From NCBI GenBank assembly GCA_963717365.1, contig OY970327.1, forward strand, positions 587,599-651,598: 64,000 nucleotides of DNA. The letters are read 5' to 3'. The number at the start of each line of letters is the position of its first letter. Within the stretch, counting starts at the first letter, position 1. The notes under the pieces are model-generated. The model had not been told where the DNA came from. It was given only the letters and a program-made list of their open reading frames with translations, and did no database searches. The position numbers were made by a program, and so were the translations under genes. This document shows positions 18,237 through 25,745 of this stretch, one piece after another. This DNA comes from Candidatus Saccharimonadia bacterium. GTDB lineage: Bacteria > Patescibacteriota > Saccharimonadia > Saccharimonadales > 2-12-FULL-41-12.

Positions 18237-19757
18237 TTACAAATCCAAGCCGGGATAAATTTTACGGGTAGTCTCGTCAACTTCGGCCCGCAGCTGTGGG
18301 AATGGCACACCTTCGCGGGCAGTGACGCCTTCTAGCATCCAGAAAATACGTTCGCTGTGGCCGTAGCCACAGGCTGGCGGCATGCCATATTCCAACATTT
18401 CTACAAAGTCAATATCCAGCATCATGGCTTCGGCATCACCGGCGTCGCGCAGCTGTTGCTGTTCAGTAAAGCGACTTAATTGGTCAAGCGGATCATTGAG
18501 CTCGCTGTAGGCTTTGCAGGCTTCGGTGCCGCCGATTAACAGGTTAAATTGCTCACTCAAACGTGAGTCGGCGGCTTGCGTCTTAGCAAGCGGCTGCAAA
18601 AAGGTCGGTACATCAACTAGGAACGCCGGTCCGGCGATTTCTACTCGAATTTTCTTCCATAGTTTATCGATACAGCGATTAATATTGTCAGCCTTTTCTA
18701 CATCGATGCCGTTGGTTTTGACGGCCGCCTGTACGTCTTCCAGGCTGGTGTTAAACACGTCAATGCTATAGCGGTCTTTAATAATGCCGATAAAGCTAAC
18801 CTCGGGCCAGTCTTGATCATCCGGTCCAAGATCAACCTGTTGTCCATTCATAAGAGTAAACTGCCGGGTTCCCCAAGTTTTGTCAGCAATATGGCGGATG
18901 AATCGCTGTGTTAGCTGCATGCCGTCGCGCCAGTCGGCGTACGCCCAGTACCATTCTAAAGCAATGTGTTCGGGCAGATGTTCATCGGAATAATTTTCGT
19001 TGCGGAAACGCGGGCCAATGTCGAACACTTTTTCGTAACCGCCGCCCAGCAAGCGCTTGAGCGGCAGTTCGTGGCTGATACGCAAATAGAAATCCTGATC
19101 TAAAGCATCCATGTGCGTCACAAACGGATTAGCATCGGCGCCGCCGGCAATACCTTCTAAAACAGGGATATTTATCTCTATAAAGCCTTCGTTAATTAGA
19201 AATTCGCGGGCGGCTTGCCAAAAGTTGCTGCGGCGAATGTAGCGCTGGTACACGTTTTTGTTCACATTTGTGTCCACATAGCGGCGGCGCAGACGTTCTT
19301 CTTTGTTAGTAAAGCCATCTTGTTCGGTTGGCAGCGGCCGGAGCGATTTGGTAAGCAATTTAAGCGTTTGCACTTCGATTGAAATTTCGCCGGTCTGAGT
19401 TTTGATGACCGGACCGCTCGCTTCAATAAAATCGCCACTATCCAGAAGTTGTAGGTGTTCTATGCCAATTAGATTTTCGGCGCCATTTGTTTCTGTCGTA
19501 ACACCATTTTTAAGAAATAGCTGAACACTGCCGGACGCATCTTTTAGTACAATGAAAGCAATTTTGCCAAACTTACGAATACTGGTGATACGGCCGGTTT
19601 GCGTAGCGGTTTGCCCTTGCAGCGAATCAAAGTCAGTTGTAATCTGAGCAGCGGTGTGGGTACGACCAGCTTTAGCCGGATATGGGTTAACGCCAAGTTT
19701 TTTTAAATCTTCGAGTTTGCGCAGCCGTTCATCGCGGAGTTCGTGTATTGTTGCCAT
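18237..19757 (-). CDS. lysS: Lysyl-tRNA synthetase, class II
   Basis: 506 aa with an OB anticodon-binding N-domain and a class II core (FRNE, GGTE..AYSELNDP). TATACT lies 8 nt upstream of the ATG. Confidence 0.95.
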   Translation of the reverse strand: MATIHELRDERLRKLEDLKKLGVNPYPAKAGRTHTAAQITTDFDSLQGQTATQTGRITSIRKFGKIAFIVLKDASGSVQLFLKNGVTTETNGAENLIGIEHLQLLDSGDFIEASGPVIKTQTGEISIEVQTLKLLTKSLRPLPTEQDGFTNKEERLRRRYVDTNVNKNVYQRYIRRSNFWQAAREFLINEGFIEINIPVLEGIAGGADANPFVTHMDALDQDFYLRISHELPLKRLLGGGYEKVFDIGPRFRNENYSDEHLPEHIALEWYWAYADWRDGMQLTQRFIRHIADKTWGTRQFTLMNGQQVDLGPDDQDWPEVSFIGIIKDRYSIDVFNTSLEDVQAAVKTNGIDVEKADNINRCIDKLWKKIRVEIAGPAFLVDVPTFLQPLAKTQAADSRLSEQFNLLIGGTEACKAYSELNDPLDQLSRFTEQQQLRDAGDAEAMMLDIDFVEMLEYGMPPACGYGHSERIFWMLEGVTAREGVPFPQLRAEVDETTRKIYPGLDL

Positions 19758-19840
19758 TACTAAAAAGTATAAGCCAGACGATGACTCCTTACAAACGCTA
19801 AGAATCTATTTCATACCTTTTCTAGGTAGTGAGATGGATT

Positions 19841-21058
19841 CTATATGATTGTCCTAACTCGAATATGGTGGGCTGACTTTTGGATGGCCTTAATAAGTTC
19901 TTTCGGCGCACTTGATACTTCTAGATCATATATCCCATACCCAAGACTATCTCTTGTGCGTAATACCTCGCTGGTAATATTTATTTTATTTAAGGCAAGC
20001 AGACGGGCAAGTTCAGCTTCGGCGCCCGGCTGATTTTGGTGCACGTATGTAACTCTAGTAAATTTGTTTTTATGCCCCAGGTCCGCCTGTGGAAGATTCA
20101 CTGCTCCAACCGCGGAACCATTGGCAATATAGCTCAGTAATTTTCGCGTAACAGACGCAGCCGCGTCTTTTTGGGCCTCTTGGGTTGAACCGCCAATGTG
20201 CGGTGTCAGTAATACTCGATCATTACCTCTAAATATTGATGCGAATGTATCGCCTTGTCTGGCTGGCTCGTCTTGATGAACGTCCAGTGCAGCCCCGGCA
20301 ATTTGGCCTGTTTGCAAAGCCTGATTCAGGGCTTTGCAATCCACCGCCTGCGCCCGAGCGGTATTAATGATATAGGCACCGGATTTCATTTTACTGATTT
20401 CGGTGGCACCAATTATTGGTTTGTTTTGCCCTCCGGGCACATGGACCGTTACAACATCGGCCTGAGCTAGCAAATCATCGATCGTCCGTGCCTTGGCATT
20501 TCCAAGCCGTGGACGATCTTGAATATCGGTATACAGTATCTCCATTCCTAATGACTCGGCCATTACTCCCACCTGCTGCCCGATATTACCGTACCCAATT
20601 ATACCCATTATTTTATCCTTTATTTCATAGCTTTGAATTTCGGTTTTGGTCCAGATTCCGGCATGTAACTTTAGGTTGTGACGTTGGGTTTGCCGCAAAA
20701 GCGCAAATGTTGAGCCAATCACCAGCTCGGCAACAGAACGGCCATTGTCATATGGAGAGTTAAACACGGCAATTCCCTCCTGGTTTGATGTTTGACGGTC
20801 AACCTGATCGGTACCAACGCAGTAACAGCCAATTGCCTGAATGGTTGACAGCCTGCTTAGTAATTCGCCTGGCAGTCTTGGCCCTGAACGAATACCTAAC
20901 ACGTCTGCACCTTGTGCTAAGGCTACCAAGTCATCATCTGAAGTATCTTTTGGAAAAGTTTCCACTGCATATCCGGCTTGGTAAAATTGTTCGGTGGCAG
21001 CTTGGTTGATAGAATCGAGCAAGACTGCTCGCTGCTTTGGTTGTATAGTATTGTTCAT
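19841..21058 (-). CDS. serA: D-3-phosphoglycerate dehydrogenase with C-terminal ACT domain
   Basis: 405 aa, collinear by eye with E. coli SerA (GIIGYGNIGQQVG NAD site, LLTPHIGGSTQEAQ, C-terminal regulatory domain). Confidence 0.85.
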   Translation of the reverse strand: MNNTIQPKQRAVLLDSINQAATEQFYQAGYAVETFPKDTSDDDLVALAQGADVLGIRSGPRLPGELLSRLSTIQAIGCYCVGTDQVDRQTSNQEGIAVFNSPYDNGRSVAELVIGSTFALLRQTQRHNLKLHAGIWTKTEIQSYEIKDKIMGIIGYGNIGQQVGVMAESLGMEILYTDIQDRPRLGNAKARTIDDLLAQADVVTVHVPGGQNKPIIGATEISKMKSGAYIINTARAQAVDCKALNQALQTGQIAGAALDVHQDEPARQGDTFASIFRGNDRVLLTPHIGGSTQEAQKDAAASVTRKLLSYIANGSAVGAVNLPQADLGHKNKFTRVTYVHQNQPGAEAELARLLALNKINITSEVLRTRDSLGYGIYDLEVSSAPKELIKAIQKSAHHIRVRTII

Positions 21059-21121
21059 ATTTTTTCCTGTCTTATTCTAGTAATCTAGTTTCTTGTTGTT
21101 TAGTAAAAATTTAATGCACAT

Positions 21122-21150
21122 AAAAAAATCCGCCGGACTCTCCGGCGGAT
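21122..21150 (-). terminator. Intrinsic terminator acting as the candidate attenuator in the serA leader
   Basis: 10-bp stem AUCCGCCGGA/UCCGGCGGAU (21150->21141 / 21137->21128) with loop GAG and a U6 run (21127->21122). It lies 63 nt upstream of serA ATG 21058 and downstream of the Ser-rich uORF. Confidence 0.65.
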
Positions 21151-21177
21151 TACAATTTATTTTGTATGGTTAAGAAT

Positions 21178-21255
21178 TTATGACATACAGATACCGCCAA
21201 CCGAGTCCGAGGTTCGGCTTGATGACGACATTCCGCTGTTGTAGGTCATTTGCAT
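21178..21255 (-). CDS. Candidate serine-rich leader peptide (MQ)MTYNSGMSSSSRTSDSVGGICMS
   Basis: Small ORF with an ATG at 21255 or 21249 and a TAA stop at 21180..21178. 8 of 23 codons are Ser, including the run UCG UCA UCA AGC (21228..21217). Extended -10 TGATAGAAT (21273->21265) lies upstream. It is below the ORF-track size cut-off. Confidence 0.5.
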   Translation of the reverse strand: MQMTYNSGMSSSSRTSDSVGGICMS

Positions 21256-21281
21256 AATAGTACTATTCTATCAGGTTTACT

Positions 21282-22097
21282 TTATTTTACGTAGTAGACA
21301 ACCGTAACCGAGTAGTTCAACTTGTCTTCGCCGGGCTGGACAGCAAGACTGGGCGCAGCCGAATCCTTGGCTGAATCAAACGAAAGCTCAGCGTTACGAG
21401 CAGACATTGGCCTGATGCCGCCACCGCTGGCGCCATCTTCAATGGTTTTAACTTCTCCTACTTTAAAGCCAAGATTTTTAGCTGATTGGTCGGCCTTAGC
21501 TCGAGCATCTTTGGTGGCTTCATCGCGGGCTTTGCCTTCCAGCTCCTTACGCTTAGCGTCGCTAAAGTTGGCTTGCGGTGAAACCTGATCAAGCGGTCCG
21601 GTAGTTAACAAGTAATCCTGAATTTTTTGACTCAAGTCTTTGTCATTCGCCGTTACCGTCAGCCGTAAGGTGTAATTATTAAGCCGAGACTGTTGCTCGT
21701 AGTAGTAGTTATAGTTATGGCCATCAGAATCACTCTTTATTTTGCTATCAGGCACTCCCAATTCTTTAAGTTTGCCAACTACTTCATCGCTCTTCTTAGT
21801 TAATTCCGCTAAGGCTGTTTCTTTATTTGCGTTTTTAAACTGATATGAGGGACTAAACACGTATTCGTCCGGCTCGGCAGTAACCTTTGATTCCCCACTC
21901 ACGGTAATAGTGCGTGACTGGTCAGTCGGTTTATCATCCCAAGGTTTCCAGATAAACAACATGACTGCGATAATTATTAGTAATGCGATAATTATGAACC
22001 GCGCATCTAGACTAACATTTATTTTATTACTTCTTACCGGCTTATCTGACCGGGATGATTCAGGTACTTGATCATTTGAATCCATGACATACTCCAA
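21282..22097 (-). CDS. SIMPL/DUF541-family secreted protein
   Basis: N-terminal TM anchor and a SIMPL-like start ITVSGESKVTAEPDEY. 271 aa. Confidence 0.6.
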   Translation of the reverse strand: MEYVMDSNDQVPESSRSDKPVRSNKINVSLDARFIIIALLIIIAVMLFIWKPWDDKPTDQSRTITVSGESKVTAEPDEYVFSPSYQFKNANKETALAELTKKSDEVVGKLKELGVPDSKIKSDSDGHNYNYYYEQQSRLNNYTLRLTVTANDKDLSQKIQDYLLTTGPLDQVSPQANFSDAKRKELEGKARDEATKDARAKADQSAKNLGFKVGEVKTIEDGASGGGIRPMSARNAELSFDSAKDSAAPSLAVQPGEDKLNYSVTVVYYVK

Positions 22098-22149
22098 TTA
22101 TTTACATATGCCACCATTATTAACCGTTAGCGTATTAAAAACAATTATT

Positions 22150-22611
22150 TTAGTTGATGCTGGCGACTTTATAGGTCGCAGTTTCGGCCGGAGTGACAAT
22201 TTCGACGGCGTCGCCGAGTTTTTTGCCCATCAAGGCTTTGCCGATGGGAGATTCATCGGAAATTTTGCCATTTAACGGATCGGCTTCAACCGTGCCAACA
22301 ACTTGGAACTGCTTGGTTTTGCCGGCGGAGCCCTTAAGGGCAACACTGGAGCCAAGCTGGACGGCACCATCGCCCTTTGGTTTGGCGATTACTTCAACGT
22401 TGGCAAGAATGTATTCAATTTCGGAGATTCGGGCTTCCATGGTCTGCTGTTCGTCTTTGGCAGCATGGTATTCGGCATTTTCACTTAGGTCTCCCTGCTC
22501 GCGGGCAGTCTTAATAGAGTCAGCAACTTCGGCGCGCCGGCTAATAAGTTCATCGAGCTCTGTTTTGAACTCGTTGATACCGTCTTGTGTTAAGTGAAAT
22601 TGTTTTTTCAT
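22150..22611 (-). CDS. greA: Transcription elongation factor GreA
   Basis: 153 aa with an N-terminal coiled coil (ENAEYHAAKDEQ) and a C-terminal FKBP-like domain. Confidence 0.9.
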   Translation of the reverse strand: MKKQFHLTQDGINEFKTELDELISRRAEVADSIKTAREQGDLSENAEYHAAKDEQQTMEARISEIEYILANVEVIAKPKGDGAVQLGSSVALKGSAGKTKQFQVVGTVEADPLNGKISDESPIGKALMGKKLGDAVEIVTPAETATYKVASIN

Positions 22612-22682
22612 AGTTCCCCTGTTTTTGCTCCTCTTTTAAGAGAGTTCGCTTCGATTATATCAGATGATTTTGATATCGAGTG

Positions 22683-23942
22683 TTAATTCGTTAATTGCTG
22701 AATAATATCATTCGTATTGATCAGCTGAGTTTCATCCGACATACGAGCCTTTAGCTCAACGGCGGATTGTTCGAGAGTCTTTTTACTAACCACCACGCGG
22801 TGCGGTGTTCCTAGTAAATCAGCGTCGGCAAATTTTTCGCCGGCGCGCAGGTCTCGGTCGTCATAGATTACACTAATTTTGGCTTTTGCAAAAGACTCAA
22901 ATAGATCTTCTGTGGCCTTAACTACTGCTGGATCGTCACCGAGCCCGATTAAATGCACCCGAGCCGGTGCAACCGCCTCTGGCCAAACCAGACCTTTTTC
23001 ATCAGAAAATTTCTCGGCGATAACGCCAATTAGCCGCGTAATGCCAATACCATACGAGCCGAGGTGGACGTACTGTTTCTCTCCATTTTCGCTGGTAAAG
23101 GCAAAATCGGTTTGCTCGCTTTTACCAGTTCCAAAGTTAAAAATATTGCCAACCTCAGCACTCTTAACTTGCTCCAGTTCATCCCGGGCAATGCCGAGAC
23201 TGGCTAAATTTTCATCGGTCATGACTTCTTCATTCACCGCAATATTCTTGCCGCGATGCAGATAAATGACATCTTCGCCGGCTTCGCAGACCGTTTGGAA
23301 TTCATGGCTAAAATCAGTAAAGGCACCACCACTGGCAAAGGTAACATAAGTATCGTCACCCAGACCAAGTCGCTGGTAGACCTTCTTGTAACTTTCGATT
23401 GTCCGATCATAAAACTCATCATGCTGGGCGGCATTAATACTGCAGGAATACATGTCTTTCATGACAAATTCGCGTCCGCGCATAACACCGCTTTTAGCGC
23501 GCAGTTCGTTTCTAAGCTTGGTTTGGAACTGATAGACAGTGGCTGGTAAGTCTTTATAGCTGGTAATGTGCTGTTTCATCATTTCGATGATTGCCTCTTC
23601 GTGCGACCAAGCCAATCCCAGCTCTGTATTGTCTTTTAGTTTAGTCTTAAACCAAATATCAACCGTTTCATCATCCCAACGGCCAGTAATTTCCCATGTT
23701 TCGGGACGCTGCAGGCTGCTCATTATTAATTCCTGGCCGCCGAGGGCATTCATTTCTTCTCTAACAATCTGTTTGATGTTTTCAAGCACCCGCAGGCCAA
23801 GCGGTGTGTAGGCGTAAACGCCAGCCATGACCTTGTAAACAAAGCCAGCCTGAATCAGCAGCTGAGCATTACGGGCTGTTTCGTCAGCTGGGGCGGTTTT
23901 GCTGGTTTTGGTAAAAAGTTGCGATAGTCGGTAGGTATTCAT
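22683..23942 (-). CDS. proS: Prolyl-tRNA synthetase, short bacterial type without the INS editing domain
   Basis: 419 aa with a bacterial-type N-terminus and class II motifs (FRNELR, GRGREF-like, GSYGIG) and a C-terminal anticodon-binding domain. There is no ~180-aa insertion between motifs 2 and 3. Confidence 0.9.
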   Translation of the reverse strand: MNTYRLSQLFTKTSKTAPADETARNAQLLIQAGFVYKVMAGVYAYTPLGLRVLENIKQIVREEMNALGGQELIMSSLQRPETWEITGRWDDETVDIWFKTKLKDNTELGLAWSHEEAIIEMMKQHITSYKDLPATVYQFQTKLRNELRAKSGVMRGREFVMKDMYSCSINAAQHDEFYDRTIESYKKVYQRLGLGDDTYVTFASGGAFTDFSHEFQTVCEAGEDVIYLHRGKNIAVNEEVMTDENLASLGIARDELEQVKSAEVGNIFNFGTGKSEQTDFAFTSENGEKQYVHLGSYGIGITRLIGVIAEKFSDEKGLVWPEAVAPARVHLIGLGDDPAVVKATEDLFESFAKAKISVIYDDRDLRAGEKFADADLLGTPHRVVVSKKTLEQSAVELKARMSDETQLINTNDIIQQLTN

Positions 23943-23947
23943 AGCGG

Positions 23948-24700
23948 TTATTGTAACACCTCCGTACCTGTTTGAGCGTTTAGAATATGCGTGTAGTCAG
24001 CTCCGGCGTGGCCGATAAACGCGCGTACACCTGCGGTCGTGGCGTCGGCGGCGGCAATAAGTTTACTTTGTATACTGCCAGTACCTTCGCTGCTGGCTTC
24101 CTCAAAGTGCTGCGAAACGGATTCCATGTCAGCGGTTTTCAGCTGGCGCTGGACCACACCGTCGATCAGAAAGCCATCAACGCTGGTTAGCAGCAACAAC
24201 GTTTCTGCCCGGATACGTTTGGCGATATGGGCGGCTAAGCCATCGTTATCGCCGCCGTAGGAGAGTTTTTTAAGTTCAGCCTGACTCAAAATGTCGTTTT
24301 CGTTAATTACCGGCACAATACCAGCCGCCAAGCTTTCACTAATTGCTGCTATCAGGCTTGGACCTTCTTCCTTGCTATCAATTTCGCGGTGAGTCACTAG
24401 TATCTGGCTCGCTAGAATGTCATATTTAGCAAAGCTCTGCTCCCAAGCAACAGCTGCCTCGGCGCTTCCTAGCGAAGCCAACGCCCGATTACTGATACTT
24501 TCCGGTAACTTACCGGCAGTCTGACAACGCCGTTTGCCTACTGCTACCGACCCTGAAGCAACTACCACTACGTCATGTGTCTCTTTTAGCTGTACGATTT
24601 TTTTTGCGTACGTATCAATTTTTGCGAGATCAAGTCCGTCTTTATTTACCACGCACTTTGATCCGTATTTTATGACAATTATTTTCTTTATTTGATTCAT
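23948..24700 (-). CDS. proB: Glutamate 5-kinase (amino-acid kinase fold, no PUA domain)
   Basis: 250 aa. VVVASGSVAVGK, GIVPVINENDILS, GGDNDGLAAHIA, LLLLTSVDG and GTGSIQSKL match ProB motifs by eye. Its stop is 5 nt from the proS start. Confidence 0.7.
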   Translation of the reverse strand: MNQIKKIIVIKYGSKCVVNKDGLDLAKIDTYAKKIVQLKETHDVVVVASGSVAVGKRRCQTAGKLPESISNRALASLGSAEAAVAWEQSFAKYDILASQILVTHREIDSKEEGPSLIAAISESLAAGIVPVINENDILSQAELKKLSYGGDNDGLAAHIAKRIRAETLLLLTSVDGFLIDGVVQRQLKTADMESVSQHFEEASSEGTGSIQSKLIAAADATTAGVRAFIGHAGADYTHILNAQTGTEVLQ

Positions 24701-24723
24701 TATTCTTCATTCCTTTAGCATTT

Positions 24724-24753
24724 AAAAAGCCCTCTTGTGTTATTTCAGAGGGC
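24724..24753 (-). terminator. Intrinsic terminator acting as the candidate attenuator in the proB-proS leader
   Basis: 7-bp stem GCCCUCU/AGAGGGC (24753->24747 / 24735->24729) with an 11-nt loop and a U5 run (24728->24724). It lies 23 nt upstream of proB ATG 24700, with an AAGGA SD in between. Confidence 0.6.
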
Positions 24754-24779
24754 AGTAACTATAATTTTAACAAGTTAAA

Positions 24780-24836
24780 CTACTCCCCTAGCGGGGGTGG
24801 CGGTAAAACTTGGAAATTATACTTGTAGGCTATCAT
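24780..24836 (-). CDS. Candidate proline leader peptide MIAYKYNFQVLPPPPLGE
   Basis: 18-codon ORF from ATG 24836 to UAG 24782..24780, with four consecutive Pro codons CCG CCA CCC CCG (24803..24792). Perfect extended -10 TGATATAAT (24853->24845) lies 8 nt upstream of the ATG, and there is no SD. It is below the ORF-track size cut-off. Confidence 0.5.
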   Translation of the reverse strand: MIAYKYNFQVLPPPPLGE

Positions 24837-24917
24837 TGTGGGTAATTATATCATGCATTACTTAGCTACACCTTACAAAAGCACCGAATGAGTAAGTTAA
24901 AAGAGACTACAGACAAG

Positions 24918-25745
24918 TTAGGCCAAGTGAAAGACAAAAAGTGATAAGAAGGCCAGGCCATTTTTAAGACCATGAACAACCATCCCCGACCATAGGCTGC
25001 CTGTTTTTTCACGGAGTCCAATTAGGAATATAGAAAGCACAAACGTATCGATAGCGGCAACGTAGAGCGGCAAAGCCCCGCTAAATAACTGGAGGTGAGC
25101 GATACCAAACACAAGACTTGCGATTAAAGCGGCTATTATTTTTCCCAGTTTTCGTCGCAAACCACTGTACAAAAAACCTCGAATCATTATTTCTTCTACG
25201 ATAGGCGGCACTATCACTAAGGTAATAAAAACCATTGCTAGAGAAAGTTGTCCGCTTACCGACTCAAATGGAAGTTGTTGCGGCTGATCAAGGTCAACAC
25301 TTGGAATTGTGCGGTCTACCCCCTGCATTACAAATGCCAAGACAATAAAATAGATTATCGTGCATAGTATGGCAAAGCCGACGTCGCTTAGTTTAGGGCC
25401 GCGTCCCAGACCAATATCGGGAAGTGAGATATTGCGACGTCGCATAAACCAAAAGATAACGGCCAGTCCCGCTAGTTGAGAGAAAATAATTAAAATAAAT
25501 GTAGCCGGAACGGAAGCTTCTAACGCCTTTGTAAAATCAGTTGCGTCCCTACCACTTAGCTGGAGATATATACCGATCCCTAACGCTAACACGATCTGTG
25601 GAGCAAGAAATGCTAGTACTGTAACTACTATGGCTGGAATGGGGCCGAAAAAGCCGGCCGATTTATCGGCAGGCACCTCTGACTTTTCTTGGCTGTCTAA
25701 CGAGTCGTGTAGACGAGTACTAGAAGAATCTTTTAACATCGACAA
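24918..25745 (-). CDS. CPBP-family intramembrane glutamic endopeptidase (CAAX protease-like)
   Basis: Polytopic membrane protein with EEIMIRG (EExxxR), FGIAH (FxxxH) and HGLKN motifs. Confidence 0.7.
   Translation of the reverse strand: MSMLKDSSSTRLHDSLDSQEKSEVPADKSAGFFGPIPAIVVTVLAFLAPQIVLALGIGIYLQLSGRDATDFTKALEASVPATFILIIFSQLAGLAVIFWFMRRRNISLPDIGLGRGPKLSDVGFAILCTIIYFIVLAFVMQGVDRTIPSVDLDQPQQLPFESVSGQLSLAMVFITLVIVPPIVEEIMIRGFLYSGLRRKLGKIIAALIASLVFGIAHLQLFSGALPLYVAAIDTFVLSIFLIGLREKTGSLWSGMVVHGLKNGLAFLSLFVFHLA

Noticed and set aside
18113-18310. 65-aa minus-strand ORF overlapping the 3-prime end of lysS.
   Set aside because: It overlaps lysS out of frame, is Cys/Trp/Pro-rich with atypical composition, and has no promoter or SD. 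It is likely spurious.
19758-19840. Two-codon uORF AUG AAA UAG (Met-Lys) upstream of lysS, as a possible lysine sensor.
   Set aside because: It lies upstream of the likely lysS promoter (TATACT-N8-ATG). It has no associated terminator or alternative structures, and it is too short to distinguish from chance.
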